NCBI GenBank assembly: GCA_000388065.2 | Contig: KB932207.1 | Origin: Fonticula alba ATCC 38817 | Lineage: Eukaryota; Protista; Nucleariida | DNA: 64,000 bases | Direction: 5' to 3' (one strand) | Part shown: positions 44,813-62,029 of the stretch, piece by piece | Position numbering within the stretch: the stretch's first letter is position 1 | Layout of the letters: every line of letters starts with the position of its first letter | Notes under the pieces: generated by a model | What the model saw: the letters and a program-made list of their open reading frames with translations, nothing else | Told to the model about the DNA's origin: nothing | Databases searched by the model: none | Translations under genes and position numbers: made by a program

Positions 44813-47800
44813 CCACCACCAACAGGCTTCCTCACACCAGCACATGACGGCCCAGCAGCAGCAGCAGCACGAGTCGATGATGCACTTTTGGAAGCTCCTT
44901 GATGAGCATGCTCCTCTGATGGACCAGCTGCTGGACCGGCTGGTGATTTACCTGTCTCCGAGCGAGGATGAGGTCTTCATCCGGAGGCACATCTCGGGTC
45001 TGGTTTCGGACCTGGTGGATAAGCACCTCCCGGACTTTGCGATCGACCTCTACGGTATGTCTGGGCGCTGCCGGCCCCCCCCCCCCCCGCCCCATTGGGA
45101 GGGGCACCTTCTTTTCCTGCTCCCACTTCCTTATGCTCGCTAACACCTCCCGTCGGCTCGTTCTTGTGCTTGTGCCATCCTTGCAGGGAGTTTACGCACC
45201 GGGCTTCTGTTGCCGAAGTCTGACATCGATCTGGTTCTGGTGTCGCGAGGATTGTTGGCCAGCCGGACTGCCTCGGCCGCTGCGGCTGCCGCTGCGCTGC
45301 AGGGAGACCCCGTCCCCTCGGCCGATGATGAGCCGGCCTCGCCCAACACCGAAGCCGGGCATCTGGTCCCCTCGAACTTGTCCATGGAGCCCCCGTCACT
45401 GGATCACCTCCGCACGCTGTTTCGTACGCCCATCCGTCCGAGCGCGCGCTCTTACTCCTGGCCTCCCTTCTCCCTCTCTCGCATTCTCTTTCTCTCCCTC
45501 TCTCTCTCTCTCTCCCCCTCTCTCTCCCTTCGCGCGCACACACACACACATACACACCGCGCTCTCCCCTGGCATGGCTCTTTCTCTGACCGCGTGTTCT
45601 TCCGGTGCACCTCCTGTGTCGCTTGCGCGGCATCAGTTGCTCTTTGCCATACGGACTGGGCGCTGGACGTCCGCCTTCTGGACGGAGCGTCGGTGCCGAT
45701 TGTCAAGTTCCGCCATGGCCCATCCGGTGTGGCCGTGGACATTGGCAGCAACTATGCCGACGCCGAGCTGAGTGCCCAGTTCACGGAGGCCCAATTGACG
45801 GAGTTCCCGATCCTCCGCCCACTGATGGTCATCCTGAAGTACATCCTGGCCGCGCGGTCGCTCAACGACACGTACTATGGCGGCATGGGGTCCTTCGTCC
45901 TCCTGTGCATGGTGGTCAGTTTCCTGCAGTATTCGGCCAAAAATGCCCACTATGGCAACCCGTATGAGCAGCAGCCAGTGCTGACAGCGGAGGCGCCGGA
46001 AGCCAGCCCCCGCGTGACAGGGGCCGGCTCGGCTGGCAGCGGCGGCGGCGGCGGCGGCGGCCGTGGTGGCACAGCTGCCCAGCGACGTGCCGAGGCGGCG
46101 GCGGCGGCGGCGGCCGCGGCTGCGGCTGCTTCGAGCCCCGCCACCGCTGCCGAAGGAAAGTCCTCGGCCGCCGGCACGCCGATGGTCGACCCGGCGGCCG
46201 AGCATCCGGAGGAGCACCGCTCGGCGGCCGGAGTGGCGAATCACCACCCGGAGCATGTGGCTGCCGGTGCTGATCAGGCCGGATCGCCGGGGCCTGGTGC
46301 CGGGTCGCGGCGACGCGCTTCGGCCCCGAATGCCGGGGATTTCCCGTCGCCCTCGGCCACCGGGGCGAGTGCGTCGCCGGGCGCCGTCACGACCGGGGCC
46401 CCGGGCTCCGCGTCGGCGGGTGGTGGCAGCCACCTGGCGGCCGGATCCATGCGTTCGACCTTCCGCCGGGCGACGGCCGATGCCGCAGCGGCGGCGGCGG
46501 CCGCGGCCGCGGCCGTGGGCACTCTTGGTGCCTCGTCATCGGATGCGGCTGGTGCTCCGTCGGATGATGATGCTCTTGGTCGCGGAGGCGTCGCCGGCCG
46601 TCTGGCGGCTGATGGCATGCCAGGGGGTGTGTCGCAATCGCGCCGGGGCTCTGGCCGGACGCGTGGGGCAGGTGCTGCGGCCGTCGCCACGGCCGCTCCT
46701 CCGGCGGGGGATGCGGTGATGCGCGGCGCACGCGGTGCCAGTCGCGGCTCATCGCCGGTCGCCGGGCGTGTCAGCGGTGCCGGGGGGGCCACCCCCGACA
46801 TTTCGGCCCACTCGGGTGGCGGCCCTTCGCCCGGGATTCTGAGTTACGCTCATGCGGCCCAGTTGCGGTCGGTGTCGACCGCAGGTGCGGCCGGCCCCGG
46901 GCCCGGGGCCGGTCATTCGGCATCACGGTCGGCGGCCGGGGCCGGCAGCTCGGTGAGCGGGTCTTCCAGTGCCGGCTCCTCGCCGGGGCTTGGTCGTGGC
47001 GTTGGTGGCCCGGCCGGTGGCCACCCCGCCCGTGCCGGGCGGAATGGGCCCAGCTCAGCTGGCAGCCCGGTGGCCGTGGCGGCCCCATCATCGAGTGGCC
47101 CTTCGCCGCCCCCGGCTGCCGTGGGTCCCGCTGGAGGGCCTTCCACCGGCGCGGCAGCCGACACCAGCTCGACCGGCACCGGCACCGGCACCGGCACCGG
47201 CACCGGCACGACCAGCACTGCCACCTCGACGCTCATCAACTCCTTCTCCATGTCCTTGCCTGGTGAGACCGCCGGTTCGCCGGACTGGCTCGCCACCCCT
47301 GAGTCGACCCCCGGTTGCTCGTCCGAATCGGACTTCAGCCCGGAGCACTCCTCTGCCGATGAAGCCTCGGACACCGAGGCCCCCTTTGGCGGTAACTCCC
47401 TGGGCCCGGTGCCTGGTCCCGTTTCGTCCTTGTCCCCCCCTATCCCCGCTTCGGAGTCTGGCTCTGATGTCTTGGCCGCCGAGTCGGCCTCCCTGTCTGA
47501 TGGCTCGGCGTCCGAGCCGGCCCCCTCCGATGGGCCAGTTGCCATTGGGCAGTCTGTCTCGTCGGAGGGGCTGGCTCCGGAGCGGGCGGCCTCCCCCGAC
47601 GGCTCGGCCGCCGAGCCGCCACCTCCCGAGGCGGTGCCCGAGTCTACCGCGCAGTCTGCCGCGGCCGCGGCCACGGCCACGGCCACCGGTGCTGGCGGTC
47701 AGCAATCTGCCCCTGCCGCCCCCTCCACGGCCTCCACTTCCGGTCAGCAGCAGGGCGGTAGCCCGTCGATGGCGGATGTTCCCCTGTCGCCGAGCTCGCT

Positions 47801-48660
47801 GTCGCCCCATTCGTCTCCGGCCCCGGCGCCGAAGAGCCTGCTGCGTACCTTGCTGGGGTTCCTGCACTTCTTTGGCTGGAACTTCGATTACAACAACTAT
47901 GGCATTTCGGTGCGCTTCGGGGGGGACTTCTTCCTGAAGTCCTCGCGCACCGATTGGTCCGTGGATCCGGCCCGGCCCTTCCTCCTGAGTTTGGAGAATC
48001 CGCTGCATCCGCGGGTGGACAGTGGTCGAAATGCCACCTGCATTGCCCTGGTGCATGGGGCCTTCCGGATTGCCTTCGCCGCATTGGCCACTTGCCTGCA
48101 CCGGGTGGATGCCCTGTCTCGGACCGGGACCGTGGACATCCTCCGGGAGTTGGAACGCACGCCTGCCCTGCCGGGCGTGGATCCGCTTCTCTTCCCGGAT
48201 GATGAAGTCTTGATGGCGGCCGCCCGGACGGCCATGACCACGGGCCCGGTGTCGACGGTGCACTTGGCGGCGCCGACCAGCGAGGTGGAGGCGGCCGTGT
48301 CGGCCGGCGCGCACCTCGCCCAGTCGTCCCTTCTCTGTCCATTTGTGTGCGCCGATAACACCATGTACCCGAAGAAGACCACCGGCGGGGGTGGTGGATC
48401 CAATGCCAGTGCGGCGGCCGCGGCGGCCGCGGCGGCGGCCGCTGCCATCCCCGTGTCCGACATCGATCGATACCGGTATGAGTTGCGCCGGCAGCGGGAG
48501 CAGATTGTCCGGATCTCGGCCATCGCCCGGGGCAAGGCCCCGGCCCCGGCGGCCGAGGCACGTCCGGTCGTGGAGATCACCCCGCCGCCACCGGCTCAGG
48601 GGGCGTCCGCGCCGAAGCCCTCCTCCTCGCCGAACATTCGGGTCATCCAGCCGGCGGCTT

Positions 48661-48697
<37 letters not shown>

Positions 48698-48971
48698 AGT
48701 GCCGGATCCTGCCGGTACGGTCACTGCCGAGCCGGTGTCCGATGTCCCGGGGCCCGGGGCCCAGCCCCCTGCCGCCACCGGGGACAGCTCCAGCCCGAGC
48801 TCTCCTTCGCTGACCCCCTATGCGTCGGCCATTTCCTCGGCCTCCTCGTCGCCAGTCAGCAAGGCGGCCCCCGGTGTGGAGGCCGATGACGACAGCGATG
48901 ATGTGGGCTACGACGACTGCGATGACGGCGGCGGCCTCCTCTCGATGGCTGTCGAGCCCGAGGTTGACTAG
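42782..48971 (+). CDS. TRF4: Trf4/PAPD5 (TENT4)-like non-canonical poly(A) polymerase, about 1787 aa; exons 42782-43924, 44279-44545, 44673-45054, 45187-45423, 45637-48971
   Basis: Spliced LY-GSLRTGLLLPKSDIDLV nucleotidyltransferase motif; VPIVKF...VDI; LRPLMVILK.IL..R.LND...GGMGSF.L..MVVSFLQ; PAP-associated LL.FL.FFG.NFDY...GISV...LLSLENPL.P..D.G. Total 5364 nt in frame. The first two exons are low-complexity and less certain. Confidence 0.88.
44727..44810 (+). repeat. (CAG/CAA)n tract encoding poly-Gln (about 28 residues) in the Trf4-like gene
   Basis: Directly visible trinucleotide run. Confidence 0.93.
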
Positions 48972-50732
48972 GTGGTGGCCTGGCCATTCGCCCATGCTCA
49001 CACGCCGCCATGTGGATCCGCATTCATTTCCCTCCTCCCCATGTTCCTGCGTTGTCAACGCGAGGGGGCGCATGGCAGGAGGGCTATGTGCGTGGATGTG
49101 TCTGCGTGTGCGTGTGGGGCAAGGGTGCGCGCTCCCTCTCCCCCCTTCTCCTCTTCGATCGGGCTCCCTGCCTGCGCTTGGTGTCTTTCGGCGGATGGCG
49201 GCGAGAAAAGGCTAACCCCTTGGGATTGATCCCGAACTGTGTACAGACCGCCCCCCCCCCCCCCTTCTCCCGCCCCTTCCGTCATTCCTTCTCCTCGTTC
49301 CCCCCTCCCCCCCCTCTAAGGGAGGAACTTCGGCCTCCCCTCCATAGATTCGACGGCTGTCGCGCTTCCCTCTACCCCTCTCTTTGTCCCCCTCCCCTCC
49401 ACCTTGCTTTTGAATGACGCCTCGGCACAGGGCCCCTTGCGCTTCCCCCATCCACAGGCCCGATCGTCTTTTTGCGCCTCGCCGCCGGAGACAAAGAGAG
49501 AAAGTCGGACAGGGGGCGGCACGCGCGCGCGCGCGCGCGCGCATCCCCTCCCACCCTCCGATGTTAGTGGCCGCTGGGGGGCGAGCGGGCGTGCGAGCGA
49601 GTGGCGCAAAAGAGGCCCACGCGCGCACACACGGTCAATGTCTCCCGGGCTCGGGACGACAGTCGACACAGTGCGCCCGCGTGAGTGCGCGTGTGTCCAC
49701 CTGTCACCGCCTCCACGCTCCTCCGCCCTCCCCTTGTATACTGTATCCTATGACGCCCTCCCTCCCTCCCACTCCTGCCCCGGTCCGTCTCTCCCTCTCT
49801 CCTNNNNNNNNNNNNNNNNNNNNNNNNNNNNNNNNNNNNNNNNNNNNNNNNNNNNNNNNNNNNNNNNNNNNNNNNNNNNNNNNNNNNNNNNNNNNNNNNN
49901 NNNNNNNNNNNNNNNNNNNNNNNNNNNNNNNNNNNNNNNNNNNNNNNNNNNNNNNNNNNNNNNNNNNNNNNNNNNNNNNNNNNNNNNNNNNNNNNNNNNN
50001 NNNNNNNNNNNNNNNNNNNNNNNNNNNNNNNNNNNNNNNNNNNNNNNNNNNNNNNNNNNNNNNNNNNNNNNNNNNNNNNNNNNNNNNNNNNNNNNNNNNN
50101 NNNNNNNNNNNNNNNNNNNNNNNNNNNNNNNNNNTCTCCCGTTCCTCCCTCTCCCCTCTCCCTTCCGGCATGCCGAGGGTGAAGCACCCTGTGCCCTGTG
50201 TGCCGATGGCATCTCCCCTCCTTGTTTACATACCCTCTCCTTGCGGCACATGCACACGCACTCCCCTGTGTGGCGCGCACGGCATCATGTGGTCTCCCTC
50301 TCTGGCAGCCGGGGAAAAATACACATCCATAGATTCCACCATGTGCAGCTTGTATTCTGCCAGTGCGGGCGTGTGCGAGGGTGGCACCTTTTGTGTGCCA
50401 TGCTCCCACATGCCCCCTGCACCACCCTGCCCCCGCCCCCCGGCCCCGGCCATCTGCATGTTGCCAGTTCCGGAGGTCGTCCGGGCGCTTGGAGATGGCA
50501 GGAGACCGGCCCGAGGGAGGCCCGGTTCCGGGGATGGGGACAGCACGGTCTTGGCTTCTTTTCGCAGGGGGGGGGGGGGGGGCCTCGCGGCCCCGGTGCG
50601 CCCAGGTGCCAGAGGCCCATGGCGAGGAGCGCGGCCTGCCGGGTTCCGCCGGGCGGAGGGGCGGACGGTGGCGAGACGCGGGGAGCTCCGATTCCTGAAC
50701 AGGATTAAATAGACCTATTGGAGGTTCGAATC

Positions 50733-50804
50733 TCGAACATAGTCTAATGGTATGATTCTCGCTTTGGGTGCGAGAGGTTCCGGGTTCGATTCCCGGTGTT
50801 CCCC
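50733..50804 (+). tRNA. tRNA-Pro(TGG) with mismatched acceptor pairs 1:72 and 2:71
   Basis: D, anticodon (CTCGC-TT-TGG-GT-GCGAG) and T arms match the canonical eukaryotic tRNA-Pro. The 5' strand TCGAACA faces 3' TGTTCCC, so only pairs 3-7 form. C discriminator. Confidence 0.85.
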
Positions 50805-50806
50805 GA

Positions 50807-50812
50807 TTTTTT
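50807..50812 (+). terminator. Pol III terminator (T6) of tRNA-Pro
   Basis: TTTTTT 2 nt after the discriminator. Confidence 0.75.
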
Positions 50813-51643
50813 GTCCATTCGCTCGCTGTGCCAACGTACCGCGCCGCGTGTTGCTAGGTCCCCTCCCCCTCTATTCCGTGATAGAGCATGGCCATCGTCT
50901 TCGGGGGGATGGCAGGTGGGGCGGGGGGGGGGGGCGGGGCGGAGGAGGAGTGATGAGCGCGCGCGGGGGGGGGGGCCGACCAAAGGGGTGGGCCGATCAT
51001 TGGCGGGGAAGGCTGGCCTCCGGTGGGACGACAAATCTCTCCCCCACCGCCGCGAACACCGCGCATCTCCGGACCCCGGCGCTGCACTCCGGGGTGGGCT
51101 GGTTCTCCGGTTCTCGCGCGGCCCCTGCGCCGCCGCTAGCGAGGCCCGGGCGCGCCTCAGAGAAGAGGGACAAGCAAGCGGCCGAGCGGGGGGGGGAGGA
51201 ACTCCGCTTCCAATCTTGGGAGGGGGCGGGAGAGAGGAGCTTCCGGGGCCTGGGCAAAGGGCCCCATCACTGCCAGCCGGAATGGCCCGGGGCGAGGCGG
51301 GGTCCGCACACGCACAACAACACACCCAAACAAACAAACACAAACAAACACACACACGAAAAAACAAACACACAAACACACACAAGCAAAAGAAGGGGCG
51401 CGGACGGTCCGCCCTTTTTTTAGGGCACGGGCGTCCCGAGGGCCGGGGCGCCCCGGCTTCGTGCTCCAGCCAGCTCCATTCCCAGCCTTTTCCTGGGGGC
51501 CTGTTTTTTTTTCCCCCCCCCCACTTCCCTCTTCGCCTTGCTTGTGCCTTGCTCGTGTGGGCTGCTTTGCCTTTCCCTGCCCCCTCCTCTCCGGCCCCTT
51601 CCTCTCCGGCCCTCTGCCTCCCCTCCCGCCCGGAGCCCGAGCC

Positions 51644-54600
51644 ATGCTGCAGCAGCTCCGAGCCGGCGCGCGCCTGCGTCCCGGCCCGCTTTTTGCCCGG
51701 CCCCATGTGCACCAGCCCTCGCTGGCGGCGCGGGCGGTGGGCGCACCGCTGGCGGCTTGGCGGCCGCTGTCCACCGGGCCGGTCAGGCCGGCGGATGCCC
51801 CGGCCGCGGGGCCGACCTATTGGAGCTCCCTGCCGCGGGACACCGTGCGGCCCTTCCGGCCGCTGTCGGCCCGGTACGAGCCGGCCGAGGTCGAGCGCCA
51901 CTGGCCCGAGTGGTGGGCCCGACGGAATGCCCAGCCCCCGGGCGCTCCGGCGGCCATTGATGGTGCGTGCGCGTGCATGCCCGGTCCGGGCTTGGGTCTT
52001 CCTCCTTGACTGCCGGGCTGACTGTCCACCACACCGGACCCCTTTCTCCAGACCCCCGGCCGCGGTTTACCATGCTGCTGCCGCCGCCGAATGTCACCGG
52101 GGCCCTGCACCTGGGCCACGCCTTGACGGTGGCCGTGCAGGATGCCCTGGCCCGGCACCGGCGCATGAGCGGCTTCCGGGTGCACTGGATCCCGGGCACC
52201 GACCATGCGGGGCTGGCCACCCAGGCGGTGGTGGAGCGACACCTGTCACACCGGCTGCGTGGCGAGCTTTCCCACCGTCGGAAGCAGCCCCCCGCCGGTG
52301 GGGGCCGCCCGGCGGTGGACCCGGGCTCCGGGCGCCTGGTTCGCGAGCACCTCGGCCGGGAGGCCTTCCTGGCCGAGGTCCACCAGTGGCGGGAGCTGTA
52401 TGGGGCCCGGATCACCGGGCAGCTGGCCCGGCTCGGGGCCAGCCTCGACTGGCAGCACGAGTACTTCACCCTGGACCCGGGCCGGTCGCGCTATGTGACC
52501 GAGGCCTTTGTCCGCCTGGCCGGCCAGGGGGAGGTGTACCGGGCCGAGCGCCTGGTCCACTGGTCCCCGCGCTTGGGGACGGCCCTCAGCGACCTGGAAG
52601 TGGACTCGGTCACGGTGCCCGGGCCGACCGACCTCCCGGTGGCCGGGACCCCTCGCCGAGTGGGCGAGATGTATGTGGTGGACTTTCCGCTGGTGGGCTC
52701 CGGACCGGAGTCCCGGGCCCTGCCGGTGGCCACCACCCGGCCGGAAACCATGCTGGCGGACGTGGCGCTGGCCGTGCATCCGGAAGACCCGCGCTATCGG
52801 GATCTCATTGGGCGGCGGGTGTGGCACCCGCTCTTCCCGGCTGGCAGCCGGCAGCTGCCGGTGGTGGCCGATGCCCAGTTGGTTGACCCGGCCCGGGGCA
52901 CCGGCGTGGTCAAGCTGACCCCGATGCATGATCCGGCCGATTGGGAAGCCTGCCGGCGTGTGGGGCTCACCGGCCCGGGCCCGGGGGCCCTCCCCCAGGG
53001 GGAGATCTTCCAGCTGTTCGATGAGGCCGGTCGAATGGCCCTGGCCCCGGTCCGGGCGCTGCCGATGCCCACGCCGGCCGATGGCCCGGCCCACTGGCCG
53101 GCCTTCCTGGCATGGCTGGACCAGCTCGAGGGCTTGGACCGGCTGGACGCGCGCACGCGCGTGCTTGATCGCCTTCGCCAGACCGGCCACCCGGTCGAGG
53201 TGACGGCCCATGCGCAGACGCTGGCCGTGTGTTCGCGCACCGGGGACCTGATCGAGCCGCGCCTGGTGCCGCAGTGGTTCGTCCGGGCGGGGCGCCCTGC
53301 CGCGCGGGCTGGCGCCCTGGTCGGCGACGGGTCCCATGCCGCCTGTGACATTGGCCTCGGGCGGCCTGGCGCGGAGGCCGCGTCCGTGGCCGCCGCCGGT
53401 GCCCGCGGCTCGGTGGCCATCCATCCGGAGCGACACCGTGCCACCTGGCGCGGCTGGACTGGCGACGAGTCGGGCGAGCGCATCCACGACTGGTGTGTCT
53501 CGCGGCAGATCTGGTGGGGCCACCAGGTCCCGGCGTGGCGCATCCGCCTGGATGTGTCTCCGACCGCCGGGGCGGCCGATCGGGCCGGCTCCCCTGGCCC
53601 GGGTGGTGAGCCGAATCCCGCTGTCTCCGGGGCCGGCCCGGTGGCCACGGTCCTCGAAGCGGCCGACGGCCCGTGGGTCGTGGCCACCGACGAGGCAGCG
53701 GCCCGGGCGGCGGCCGAGCGGCACTTGGCGGCCACCGGCCGGCCTGGGGTCGACTTCGCCCTCGAGCGCGATGCCGATGTCCTGGATACGTGGTTCTCCT
53801 CGGGGTTGCTTCCGGCGTCGGCGGTGGTGCCGGTGCTGGCCGGGCACCCGGCCGACCCGGGCCCCGGGGAGCCACTCCTGTGGGCCCTGCCGCCGGGGCC
53901 CGGGGCAGCGGCCTCGGCCCGGCAGCAGGCCCCCATCCAGGTGATGGAGACCGGTGCCGACATCCTCTTCTTCTGGGTGGCGCGCATGCTGATGCTGTGC
54001 GGGTCGCTCGGGGCGTCGGAGCCCGGGCACCCGGCCACCGGGCGGCCCTTCGATTCGATCCTCCTTCATGGGCTGGTCCGCGACGCGCGCGGGCGCAAAA
54101 TGTCCAAGTCCCTGGGCAATGTGCTGGACCCGCTGTGGTTCATCCGTGGCGCGGAGCTGGCCGAGCCGCTGGCCGGGCTGGAGGAGGCCCATGCCCTGTC
54201 GGCGGCCGAGCGGGCCCTGGCCGCCGGGGACCTGCGCCGGCGCTTCCCCAAAGGCCTGCCCGCGTGCGGGGCCGATGCCCTGCGCTTGGGGCTGCTGGGG
54301 CTCGGGGCCACCTCCGGGTCGGATGCCATTTCCCTGGACCCGGCGGCCGTGACCGATGCCCGGGCGTGGATGGCCAAGCTTTGGAGCGCGGCGCGCTTCA
54401 TCAGCATGCGCCCCCTGGAGGCGGCCGATCTTGATGCCCTGGGCCCCGGGACGTCGGTCGGCCTGTACGACCGGTGGATCCTCCAGCGGTGGGCTGGCTG
54501 CCTGGCGGCCGTGACCCAGGCCCAGTATCAGCCCTTCCGCCTGGAGCAGGCGGTCCGTGCCCTGCGGACCTTCCTGCGCGGGGACTTCTGCGACACCTAC

Positions 54601-55689
54601 CTGGAGCTGGTCAAGTCGGCCGAGGCCACCGATGCCTCGCAGCCGGGAGACCAGGCCGCCGGCCGGCCGGCTGTCGCTCGTAGCCATCCGGCCCTGGCGC
54701 GTGCCCTGCTCGAGGCGTATGTCCGCGCGTTGCATCCCTTCGCCCCCTTCATCACCGAGGAGCTTTGGCCCCATCTGGACACCGGGGCCGGGCGCGTGCT
54801 GAGCCAGGCGCCGGGGCTGGGCCCGGAGGGGGAGCACCTGCTGGCCGACCCGGCCGGCAGCCTGCCCTCCATCGGCCATGCCTCCTTCCCGACGCTGGAG
54901 GCCCCGGTGTCGGGGGCGGCCTTCGGAGCGGGGGTGGCCCGGGCGGCGGCCGACGCCGCGGCCGCCTGGCTGGGCGAATCCCCGGTCGCCGGGGCCGCGG
55001 TGACCCCCGAAGCGGCGGCCGTGGAGCTGGCCTGCCGGGTGGTCAGCCAGGCGCGCGCCCTTCGCCGGCATCTGGGCCTGAGTGCCGGCGACCGTGGCTG
55101 CCAGTTTGTCCTCCGCTACGATGCCAGCATGGGCCCCACTCTGGAGGGTGCGGACCTGATCCAGGGGGCCTGGGCCACCCTGCGGGACTTGGACACCGGG
55201 CTCCTGGCCGATGCGATGCACTGGGGCCGCATCGGGGAGCTGCTGCTGCAGGAGGCATGCCCCGTGCCGGCCAATGCGGTGGCTTCGCTGCCGGTGCATT
55301 TGACCTGGTCCCCGGCGGCCGATGAGGATGCTCCCACGGAGGGGGCTTCGGCGGGCCCGGTGGATGCCGCCCTGGGGGAGCCGGGCGCCGGCGGCCCCCC
55401 GGCGCCGCTGTCGCTGCATCTCCTCCTCGGCCCGGGCCCCTCGCTGGACCAAGCCCTGGAGCATGTTTCCAAGCAGCGGTCTCGGGCCGAGGCCAAGGCG
55501 CAGGGGCTTCGGGAGCGTGTCGCTCGCCAGGCCGGGGTGCTGGCCGCTGCCGCCGGCGCCTCGCCCGAGTCGCAGGCCACCCTGGCGGCCCAGCTGGCCA
55601 CCGAGCAGGCGAGCCTGGACTCCCTGCTGGCCGAATGCGCCGAGCTGGACGCCCTGCATCAGTTGCTCCTCGCGCGGCGGCAGCAGTAG
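51644..55689 (+). CDS. VARS2: Valyl-tRNA synthetase, probably mitochondrial; exons 51644-51962, 52052-55689
   Basis: Arg/Leu/Ala-rich transit-peptide-like N-terminus; Y.PA.VE..W; PPPNVTGALHLGH; PGTDHAGLATQ; TTRPETMLAD; WCVSRQIWWGHQVP; DVLDTWFSSGL; ETGADILFFWVARM; GRKMSKSLGN; C-terminal coiled coil. Confidence 0.96.
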
Positions 55690-56166
55690 CAGCGTCGCCG
55701 TCATGTCCGCTGTCGGCATGCTCGTGCTGCCGCCCGTGGCAAAAGCACAAGCATGTCCCCACTTCTGCACATGCCACTTTCCCGGCCATCATGCCGTGGA
55801 GAGGCATGTCCCCCGCCATGCGTGACCCCCCCCCCCCCCCCGGAGCGCCTGCCGCATGCCCCCCCCCTCCCCNNNNNNNNNNNNNNNNNNNNNNNNNNNN
55901 NNNNNNNNNNNNNNNNNNNNNNNNNNNNNNNNNNNNNNNNNNNNNNNNNNNNNNNNNNNCCCCCCCCCCCCCCCTCCCCCCCAATAGACAGGGCTCTGGC
56001 CTCCATGGTGGGACATGAGCCGTGAGAGAAAAAAAAACAAACAAACAAACAAGCGGTCTATGTCTATGCAGGGAGGGGGAAAGGGAGGTAAATGGCAAGA
56101 CGAGCGAGCGGTGGGGAGGCCGAAGCGCGCATCCGCGGCAAGGCCAGCCGGCACATGCCGGGGCTG

Positions 56167-60965
<4,799 letters not shown>

Positions 60966-62029
60966 CGTAGAGCAGGAGACAGGGAGAAGAGCCGAGAATC
61001 GGGCGAGGGCAACAGGAGGCGGTGCCGATCGTGCTGGCCGAGACCCGGCGCCCGTGGTGGAAAAATACCCCCCGCCCNNNNNNNNNNNNNNNNNNNNNNN
61101 NNNNNNNNNNNNNNNNNNNNNNNNNNNNNNNNNNNNNNNNNNNNNNNNNNNNNNNNNNNNNNNNNNNNNNNNNNNNNNNNNNNNNNNNNNNNNNNNNNNN
61201 NNNNNNNNNNNNNNNNNNNNNNNNNNNNNNNNNNNNNNNNNNNNNNNNNNNNNNNNNNNNNNNNNNNNNNNNNNNNNNNNNNNNNNNNNNNNNNNNNNNN
61301 NNNNNNNNNNNNNNNNNNNNNNNNNNNNNNNNNNNNNNNNNNNNNNNNNNNNNNNNNNNNNNNNNNNNNNNNNNNNNNNNNNNNNNNNNNNNNNNNNNNN
61401 NNNNNNNNNNNNNNNNNNNNNNNNNNNNNNNNNNNNNNNNNNNNNNNNNNNNNNNNNNNNNNNNNNNNNNNNNNNNNNNNNNNNNNNNNNNNNNNNNNNN
61501 NNNNNNNNNNNNNNNNNNNNNNNNNNNNNNNNNNNNNNNNNNNNNNNNNNNNNNNNNNNNNNNNNNNNNNNNNNNNNNNNNNNNNNNNNNNNNNNNNNNN
61601 NNNNNNNNNNNNNNNNNNNNNNNNNNNNNNNNNNNNNNNNNNNNNNNNNNNNNNNNNNNNNNNNNNNNNNNNNNNNNNNNNNNNNNNNNNNNNNNNNNNN
61701 NNNNNNNNNNNNNNNNNNNNNNNNNNNNNNNNNNNNNNNNNNNNNNNNNNNNNNNNNNNNNNNNNNNNNNNNNNNNNNNNNNNNNNNNNNNNNNNNNNNN
61801 NNNNNNNNNNNNNNNNNNNNNNNNNNNNNNNNNNNNNNNNNNNNNNNNNNNNNNNNNNNNNNNNNNNNNNNNNNNNNNNNNNNNNNNNNNNNNNNNNNNN
61901 NNNNNNNNNNNNNNNNNNNNNNNNNNNNNCCCCCCCCCGGGCACGTTCTCTTTGCCCCTCGCCCTCCTTCGCGCGCCCTCCTCTTGGCAGTCGCGCCCCT
62001 GCCTGCCTCAGCAAGGGCATCGCGTGGGA

